DNA of 24,499 bases, taken from assembly GCA_043814095.1 (NCBI GenBank), contig JBDRKI010000064.1, positions 1 through 24,499 on the forward strand, given 5' to 3'. The stretch comes from Armatimonadota bacterium. GTDB taxonomy: Bacteria; Vulcanimicrobiota; JACPDS01; JBDRKI01. Positions 18,358-24,499 of the stretch are shown one piece after another (the stretch's first letter is position 1; each line of letters opens with the position of its first letter). The notes under the pieces are model-generated. The model made no database searches and was not told where the DNA came from. It was given only the letters and a program-made list of their open reading frames with translations. The position numbers were made by a program, and so were the translations under genes.

Positions 18358-19263
18358 ATGAATTTAGTAAGCAGGATCGGCGCTTATTCTTTGACGGAGT
18401 TTTCCGGAGCAAAAAAATCCGGAGAAAAATCAATTAATATTAACAGAAGCATAAATTTTGCGAAGCTGAATATTAAGGTAAATGAAAGAATAAAATTTAT
18501 TGACGAGGCTTTAAGCAAACATACCTTTAGAGACGGAAAGCTTTGTGTAACCGTTAAAGTAATGCCCGGGCAGATAGATCCATGCACGGGGAGCACATAC
18601 GGCGGATCCAGTCCGGTTGTTAAGTATAAGGTTCTAAGCGATATTGAAAAGAATAGCTACAATAGCTTACTTAAAGAAAAAAAGGAGCTTATAGCGGTAC
18701 CTAAAAAGATATTAGAGCAGGTTAAGGCGGTAAGATGTGCTCCTTTTAGTTCAATATGCGGTACTTCCGATATAAAGACGGAAGTGTGTAAGTATAAAGC
18801 CACCCTGTGTTCTTATGAACTGTGTGCCGGTGGGATTGATAAGGAATTAAGCTTGATCCATAGCTCATACAGGAATGTAAGCGGCAGATGGTTTAAATTA
18901 GTATCTGAAACATATACTCCGGGACAGAGATATCCGGGCACAAATATAATACTTAGCAGTTCAAAGGCCAAAGAAAAATTAATACCTCTTAGTGCGGCAG
19001 AAGAAAAGAGGGTAGCGGATAGGTTTAATAGATTGCAAAAAGAGAAAGAAAGAATCCAGCAGAAAGCAGTAGCAGAATGCGGCTTTAAAAACAGAACCGA
19101 GTTTGCGGAAGCCTTAAGTAAAAAGATACGTGAATTTGAAAAACTTGAAAAATATTTGAAAAATGCGACTTCGGAGATTATTTTAAAGGGTGAGATCCAG
19201 TGGTGTATAAAAACCAGGGAAGAGCTTAAAAGTATGAAGGCGGTATGGGACACGGTAAATTAA
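18358..19263 (+). CDS. Hypothetical protein with two copies of an unrecognised ~65 aa repeat
   Basis: 301 aa ORF preceded by an AAGGGGG RBS. No family recognised. Internal similarity between aa ~48-111 and ~160-233. Confidence 0.75.
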   Translation: MNLVSRIGAYSLTEFSGAKKSGEKSININRSINFAKLNIKVNERIKFIDEALSKHTFRDGKLCVTVKVMPGQIDPCTGSTYGGSSPVVKYKVLSDIEKNSYNSLLKEKKELIAVPKKILEQVKAVRCAPFSSICGTSDIKTEVCKYKATLCSYELCAGGIDKELSLIHSSYRNVSGRWFKLVSETYTPGQRYPGTNIILSSSKAKEKLIPLSAAEEKRVADRFNRLQKEKERIQQKAVAECGFKNRTEFAEALSKKIREFEKLEKYLKNATSEIILKGEIQWCIKTREELKSMKAVWDTVN

Positions 19264-19276
19264 GGGGGATAATTAT

Positions 19277-20095
19277 ATGAAAGTAAACCCGAGTAGCTGT
19301 ATTTCATTGAATATAGCGCAGAAAAGCGACATAGACAATGAGCTTAAAGCTCTTAAAGAAAAAATAGATAATAAACTAAAAAAACTGGATGAGGAACTCT
19401 CGGTATACGGTATTGATGAACATGATAATGAACTTTGCAGGATTGAGATTGTTAACTTAGCTTTAGAGGGAGAAAAGCCTATTAAAGTTAAAGAGTATAG
19501 CCCATTATTCCAGGGAGAGAAAGCCAGAGCCGAACTATTATTTAAAGTAAGGGATAATTTAAATAAGTTAAAAACTGTAGCAGATTCATTAAGTACAATT
19601 GAGCTTACCGGTAATTATAATTCAGATTTAAATAAAATAGAAGATATTAAACTTTTTAACAGCATTAATAAAGAACTAAACCTTTATAATATTATTATAA
19701 GGGATGCTAAAGAGTTTCCGGGCGGTGTGCTTATGGTAAAAAAAGTTATTAAAACACCGGGTGAGCATAATATAGTAACCGGAAAGTCCGACTCTGTTGT
19801 TATGTATGAGTATAAGCCGGCAACACCCGATGAAAAGAAGCAGTATGAACTTGCAAAATTTAAAAAACCGGTACTGGAATTAAAAAGAAAAGTAATATTT
19901 AAAAAATATAATAATGCAATGCCGGAAGCCGATAAGGGTTTTCTGGCGGATTCGGTAAAAACAAATATACGCATAAAGAAGTTTTTTGCGGACAGCAAGA
20001 TGAAGGAAGAAGCCGATATAAGTGCAGGGGTTGACCGTATTTTAAGATATGTGATGAAGCTCTGGAGTGAAGCGGAACAGAAAACAAGGAATTAG
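19277..20095 (+). CDS. Hypothetical protein, probable distant paralog of 18358..19263
   Basis: 272 aa ORF preceded by an AAGGGGGA RBS, 13 bp after the previous stop. Similar repeat at aa ~37-95 and ~130-200. Confidence 0.75.
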   Translation: MKVNPSSCISLNIAQKSDIDNELKALKEKIDNKLKKLDEELSVYGIDEHDNELCRIEIVNLALEGEKPIKVKEYSPLFQGEKARAELLFKVRDNLNKLKTVADSLSTIELTGNYNSDLNKIEDIKLFNSINKELNLYNIIIRDAKEFPGGVLMVKKVIKTPGEHNIVTGKSDSVVMYEYKPATPDEKKQYELAKFKKPVLELKRKVIFKKYNNAMPEADKGFLADSVKTNIRIKKFFADSKMKEEADISAGVDRILRYVMKLWSEAEQKTRN

Positions 20096-20112
20096 GAAAA
20101 ATATTTAAAAAT

Positions 20113-20146
20113 AAGAGGTTGGATTTAAAATGTCCGGCCTCTTTTT
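20113..20146 (+). terminator. Rho-independent terminator after the two hypothetical genes
   Basis: AAGAGGTTGGA-(9 nt)-TCCGGCCTCTT stem with two G-U pairs, running into a T tract, 17 bp after the stop at 20095. Confidence 0.7.
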
Positions 20147-20181
20147 AATTTTATAGGAATTTTTACACTTTTAAAGAATAG

Positions 20182-21030
20182 GTGGATATGCAGAAAGCAA
20201 GATTAATAATAGAAAAAGACTTAAAAGCTTCTCATCATATGGCGTCAGATGAGGCGTTGCTTGAGTATGCCATTAACAACGAAAAAGATTTTATTCCCGC
20301 TTTAAGGCTTTATACATGGTCTCCGGCAGGTATCTCTTTAGGGTATTTCCAGAAAACGGAAAAGGAAATAAATATTGATAACTGCAGGAAGCACGGTGTT
20401 GATATTATAAGGAGGCCCACGGGGGGTAAATCAGTACTCCATGATGATGAGCTTACTTACTGCTTTATCTTCAAGATGGATGATCCGAACAGATGGACAA
20501 TTCTAGACGCTTTTAAGAAGATTAATGAAGCACTGCTTTACGCCATAAAAAGAATGGGTGTTAAAGCACAGCTTGTTTCCCTTAAGAAGCATTCCCCGAA
20601 AGAACATACTGCGGTCTGCTTCGCGGTGCCTTCTTCTTATGAAATAAAGGTGGATAATAAAAAGATAATAGGGTCAGCCCAGAAAAGAGCGGGTAATTTT
20701 GTGCTCCAGCACGGCTCCGTGCCTATAACCATAGACAGAAATAAGCTTTATGATTTATTTAACTTTAAAAGTGAAGAGGAAAGGAAAAAGCAAGCGGAAG
20801 AATCCGTAAATATAATGACGTCTTTAAAAGAAGCTGCGCCTTTTTCTGATATGAATTTTGATAATCTGGCGGAAGGCGTAAAGGAAGGTTTTGAGAAGGT
20901 CTGGGGAATCAGTTTATATAAAGATAAGTTAAATAAGGAAGAAGAAGGCATTAGGGATAAATTGATAGAAATAAAATACGGCACGGATGATTGGAATTAT
21001 AATAAATTAATAAAAAACAGGAGCATATAA
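20182..21030 (+). CDS. Lipoate-protein ligase/octanoyltransferase family protein (LipM-like, catalytic domain only)
   Basis: MASDEALL, LRLYTW, SLGYFQ, RRPTGGKSVLHDDELTY, CFAVPSSYEI, KKIIGSAQKR, LQHGS. At 282 aa there is no C-terminal LplA accessory domain. Start is either GTG 20182 or ATG 20188. Confidence 0.85.
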   Translation: MDMQKARLIIEKDLKASHHMASDEALLEYAINNEKDFIPALRLYTWSPAGISLGYFQKTEKEINIDNCRKHGVDIIRRPTGGKSVLHDDELTYCFIFKMDDPNRWTILDAFKKINEALLYAIKRMGVKAQLVSLKKHSPKEHTAVCFAVPSSYEIKVDNKKIIGSAQKRAGNFVLQHGSVPITIDRNKLYDLFNFKSEEERKKQAEESVNIMTSLKEAAPFSDMNFDNLAEGVKEGFEKVWGISLYKDKLNKEEEGIRDKLIEIKYGTDDWNYNKLIKNRSI

Positions 21031-21032
21031 TA

Positions 21033-21245
21033 ATGCCCATATATGAATTTATATGCAAAAAATGCAAGAATAAATTTGAAGATATCTGCAAGTCCGGCAC
21101 CTGCATTAAAATATGTCCGAAATGCGGGGGCAAGTCGGAAAAAGTTATGTCTGTCTGCGGTTTTTCATCTTCGGGGAAGTCTTCGGCATCCTTAGACGGC
21201 TGTTCGGGATGTTCTTCGGGAAACTGTTCAACTTGCGGGCATTGA
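21033..21245 (+). CDS. FmdB family zinc-ribbon protein
   Basis: MPIYEFICKKC..FE...CPKCG signature, Ser-rich linker and C-terminal CSGCSSGNCSTC. Confidence 0.85.
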   Translation: MPIYEFICKKCKNKFEDICKSGTCIKICPKCGGKSEKVMSVCGFSSSGKSSASLDGCSGCSSGNCSTCGH

Positions 21246-21275
21246 TTATATAAAAAGATACGAGGAGATTAGTTT

Positions 21276-22805
21276 ATGGAAAAGTTGTTTATAAACGGAG
21301 AAAACCTTACATTAAACAATATATATAAGATAGCTCACGGTGAATGTAAATTCCAGATTCCTTTGAATGTTAAAACCAAGATAAAGAAATCTAGGGACAT
21401 TATAGATAAAGTAATAAGTCATAATGAGACTGTTTACGGGGTAACTACGGGGTTCGGCAAGTTAAGCAGGGTTAAGATACCTTTAAGTAGTTTAAAAAAA
21501 CTTCAGAAAAACCTTATTTTAAGCCACAGCTGCGGTGTGGGGCCCTATTTATCAGAGGCACAGGTCAGGGCCGCCATGCTTTTAAGGGCTAATACTTTCG
21601 CCAAGGGTTATTCGGGAGTAAGGTTTGAGCTTTTTAAGATGCTGGTTGATATGGTTAACAAAGGAGTTATCCCTCTTGTTCCTTCACAGGGTTCCGTGGG
21701 CGCGAGCGGTGATCTTGCGCCTCTTGCCCATCTTTCACTTGTTTTAATCGGCAAAGGCAAAGCATCATATAAAGGTAAGGTATATAACGGGGCTAAGGCC
21801 CTTGAGAAGGCAGGGTTAAAACCGATAGATCTGTCGGCTAAAGAAGGTCTTGCCCTTATTAACGGCACATGTATCATGACAGCGATTCTCGCGCTTGCGC
21901 TTTATGAATCATTTATATTATTAAAAAACGCTAATATTATATCTGCCATGACATTAGAGGCTTTAGGCGGTACGGATGAGCATCTTGATGAATTTATACA
22001 GAAAGTAAGGATGCATCCAGGGCAGATAAATACAGCCAGCAACTTAAGGAAGATATTAAAAGGCAGCAAGCTTATAGTACACAAAAAAGCTTCTTCAAGA
22101 GTCCAGGAGCCGTACTGTTTAAGATGTGTTCCCCAGGTTCACGGCGCGGTAAATGATCAGCTTGATTACGCCATGGAGAAAGTAACCATAGAGTCAAATT
22201 CCGCGACTGACAACCCGCTTGTTAATCCCGCAGAAAGCCGAGTTTTAAGCGGGGGGAATTTCCACGGGGCCCCCATGGCTTTATGCGCGGATTCTCTGGC
22301 TGTAGCGCTTTCATACCTGGGAAGTATATCTGAAAGAAGAACAGATTGTCTTTTAAGCGCGAGCTTAAATGATCTTCCCATGTTTCTTGCGAAAAACAGC
22401 GGTATCAACTCAGGGTTTATGATAGCACAGTATACGGCTGCATCCCTTGTTTCAGAGAATAAAGTCCTTGCACATCCGGCAAGCGTTGATTCCATACCCA
22501 CATCAGGCGGTTTTGAAGACCATGTGAGTATGGGCACAACCGCGGCAAGAAAGTTTGTTAATATACTGGAGAATGTAAAAAATGTCCTGGCAATTGAGAT
22601 GCTCTGCGCGGTTCATGCTCTTGATCTGGGCAGGCCCGGCAGGTGTTCTCCCGCTACAAAAGCGGCGTATAAAAAATTCAGGGAGTATATAACATTTAAA
22701 GAAACCGATGAGATTATAAGTGACGATATTAAAAAAGCCAGGAATATCTTATCTAAAGGTATTATAATTGAAGCGGTGGAAAAAGAAACAGGAAAATTAA
22801 CGTAA
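21276..22805 (+). CDS. hutH: Histidine ammonia-lyase
   Basis: VYGVTTGFG, LILSHSCG (SH signature of HAL), MIO motif GSVGASGDLAPL, KEGLALINGT, NSATDNP, GGNFHG, EDHVSMG. Confidence 0.88.
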   Translation: MEKLFINGENLTLNNIYKIAHGECKFQIPLNVKTKIKKSRDIIDKVISHNETVYGVTTGFGKLSRVKIPLSSLKKLQKNLILSHSCGVGPYLSEAQVRAAMLLRANTFAKGYSGVRFELFKMLVDMVNKGVIPLVPSQGSVGASGDLAPLAHLSLVLIGKGKASYKGKVYNGAKALEKAGLKPIDLSAKEGLALINGTCIMTAILALALYESFILLKNANIISAMTLEALGGTDEHLDEFIQKVRMHPGQINTASNLRKILKGSKLIVHKKASSRVQEPYCLRCVPQVHGAVNDQLDYAMEKVTIESNSATDNPLVNPAESRVLSGGNFHGAPMALCADSLAVALSYLGSISERRTDCLLSASLNDLPMFLAKNSGINSGFMIAQYTAASLVSENKVLAHPASVDSIPTSGGFEDHVSMGTTAARKFVNILENVKNVLAIEMLCAVHALDLGRPGRCSPATKAAYKKFREYITFKETDEIISDDIKKARNILSKGIIIEAVEKETGKLT

Positions 22806-22819
22806 AACCGGAGGCGTAT

Positions 22820-24001
22820 ATGTCAGATGATAAAATAAACGGTCAGATACCGCTTGGATATTACAAGATTCCTGATGTTAAAGAGTCAAAAATCCCTTAT
22901 AATATAGAAAAACTTGCTAAACTCCTGCTTGATCACAGAGCTTCCGATCTTCATATAAAAAGCGGTGTTCCTCCAGCTTTAAGGGTAAGCGGTGATATTG
23001 TTCCCGTGGGTAAGGATATTTTAGATGAGGATGATGTAGCCGCTCTCCTTGTGCCCTGCCTTAATGATATGGCAAGAAAAAAACTTGAGATAAGCCATGA
23101 AGTTGATTTCGCGTATGAAGCTTCCGGGGTGAGGTTCAGGGTGAATATGTTTTTAAGCAAAGGCAAGCTCTGCGCCGCTTTCAGGCACCTAAGCTCCAGA
23201 ATACCCACAATAGACGAACTGGGGCTTCCCCAGATTTTAAAGGATGTGGCTTTAAAGCATAACGGGCTTGTCCTTATAACCGGCCCGGCGGGCAGCGGCA
23301 AAAGCACAACCCTTGCCGCGATGATAGATCATATAAATTCAAACAAAAGAGCCCATATTGTCACACTGGAAGAACCCATTGAATTTCTGCATAAGAATAA
23401 ATTCGGCTATGTTACCCAGAGAGAAGTGGGGGATGATACTTTCACTTTCTTTGAAGGGTTAAAGATGGCTCTCCGCCAGGATCCAAACGTTATTTTGATA
23501 GGTGAGATGAGGGATTCAGAGACTATTATGGCTGCGATTTTAGCCGCCGAAACAGGCCACCTTGTTTTAAGCACTCTCCATACACCTAACACAATCCAGG
23601 CTATAAGAAGGGTAGTGGACGCTCTGCCGGAGAACCAGCAGGCCCAGTTCAGGGCTCTTTTAAGCAATGTGCTTAGCTGTATAATTTCCCAGAGACTTAT
23701 TAATAAAGTGGATACCAAAGAAAGAGTGGCGGCAACGGAAGTTCTTATACCCACCTCAACCGTAAGGAGCCATATCGCCGACGGTAATCTCAGTGAGATT
23801 TACGAGCTTATGCGTGAAGGCAAGCACGCGAGCATGTATACTTTTACTCAGTCTCTTGTTGATTTATACGATAGGGGATTGATAAGCAAGGAAGACGCTC
23901 TTTATCATGCCGACCAGCCTACGGAATTTAAGATGGATGTGGAAGGGCATCAGACAGGCACAACTTTTAACAAGGAAGAAACTCTTATTGACTGGATGTA
24001 A
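22820..24001 (+). CDS. pilT: PilT/PilU family type IV pilus retraction ATPase
   Basis: ASDLHI, RFRVN, Walker A GPAGSGKSTT, Asp box TLEEPIEF, QREVG, ALRQDPNVILIGEMRD, His box AETGHLVLSTLHT. PilT versus PilU/PilT2 not resolved. Confidence 0.85.
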   Translation: MSDDKINGQIPLGYYKIPDVKESKIPYNIEKLAKLLLDHRASDLHIKSGVPPALRVSGDIVPVGKDILDEDDVAALLVPCLNDMARKKLEISHEVDFAYEASGVRFRVNMFLSKGKLCAAFRHLSSRIPTIDELGLPQILKDVALKHNGLVLITGPAGSGKSTTLAAMIDHINSNKRAHIVTLEEPIEFLHKNKFGYVTQREVGDDTFTFFEGLKMALRQDPNVILIGEMRDSETIMAAILAAETGHLVLSTLHTPNTIQAIRRVVDALPENQQAQFRALLSNVLSCIISQRLINKVDTKERVAATEVLIPTSTVRSHIADGNLSEIYELMREGKHASMYTFTQSLVDLYDRGLISKEDALYHADQPTEFKMDVEGHQTGTTFNKEETLIDWM

Positions 24002-24007
24002 GATACC

Positions 24008-24499
24008 ATGGCCGATATAAAGGAAAATATTGAAATAATACGCGCGAATATAGAGAAAACCTGTAATAAAGCGGGGAGAAACTCCGCAGATGTAACTATA
24101 CTGGCGGCCTCAAAAAAAGCTCCTCCTTCTAAAATAAAAGAAGCTTTTTTCTGCGGCATAACTGATTTCGGGGAGAGCTACTACCAGGAAGCAAGAGATA
24201 AGATGCCGAATATAGAGGAGAATATAACATGGCATTTTATAGGACACCTCCAGAAGAATAAAGTTAACCATGTTGTATCATCTTTTGAACTTATTCATTC
24301 AGTAGATTCCCTTGACCTTATAACCAAAATTGATAAAAGCGCGCAGAATATAGATAAAATACAGAAAATTCTTCTGGAAGTAAATATAGCAGGTGAGGAC
24401 ACGAAATTCGGTTTAAATGAAGAAAGATTATTTAAGCTTGTTAACAGCGCGCAAGAGTTAAAAAATATAAAAATATGCGGACTAATGACAATGCCCCCG
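24008..24499 (+). CDS. yggS: YggS/PLPBP family pyridoxal phosphate homeostasis protein (3' end beyond the window)
   Basis: Translated by hand from the ATG at 24008: MADIKENIEIIRANI...ILAASK...FGESYYQEA...WHFIGHLQKNKV...HSVDS...EVNIAGEDTKFG...GLMTMPP. Absent from the ORF track because it has no stop inside the window. Confidence 0.93.
   Translation, partial: MADIKENIEIIRANIEKTCNKAGRNSADVTILAASKKAPPSKIKEAFFCGITDFGESYYQEARDKMPNIEENITWHFIGHLQKNKVNHVVSSFELIHSVDSLDLITKIDKSAQNIDKIQKILLEVNIAGEDTKFGLNEERLFKLVNSAQELKNIKICGLMTMPP

Noticed and set aside
18128-20181. Insertion sequence, prophage or toxin-antitoxin identity for the two-gene island
   Set aside because: No transposase or integrase motifs, terminal inverted repeats or target duplication. 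The flanking hairpins differ from each other and look like terminators. No known toxin motif was recognised.

Overview
Low-GC bacterial chromosomal window, densely coding, with no rRNA, tRNA, CRISPR array or mobile element visible. On the left is a minus-strand two-gene unit: a signal-peptide GH13 alpha-amylase-family enzyme and a signal-peptide transglutaminase-like protein, ending at a perfect bidirectional terminator. A divergent promoter region then leads into a ~14.7 kb plus-strand run with very short gaps: xseA-xseB-ispA-dxs-tlyA, an atypical REC-GGDEF diguanylate cyclase, nadK, an M16 peptidase, a family-4 UDG, gcvH-gcvPA-gcvPB, two radical SAM genes and an RsbW-like kinase, closed by a hairpin terminator. 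The radical SAM pair carries the signature Cys motifs of the non-LipA two-component lipoyl synthase LipS1/LipS2. With a nearby LipM-like ligase, this suggests a LipA-independent lipoate assembly route coupled to a glycine-cleavage cluster that has no gcvT in the window. A terminator-bounded island of two unannotated ORFs (18358-20095) appears to be a paralog pair, each with two copies of an unrecognised ~60-70 aa repeat. An 11-bp-period TTAACA direct repeat lies upstream of it and is also found in the left divergent promoter. The right end holds lipM-like, an FmdB zinc ribbon, hutH, a PilT/PilU-type ATPase and a truncated yggS. All assignments come from motif recognition by eye; no database searches were run.
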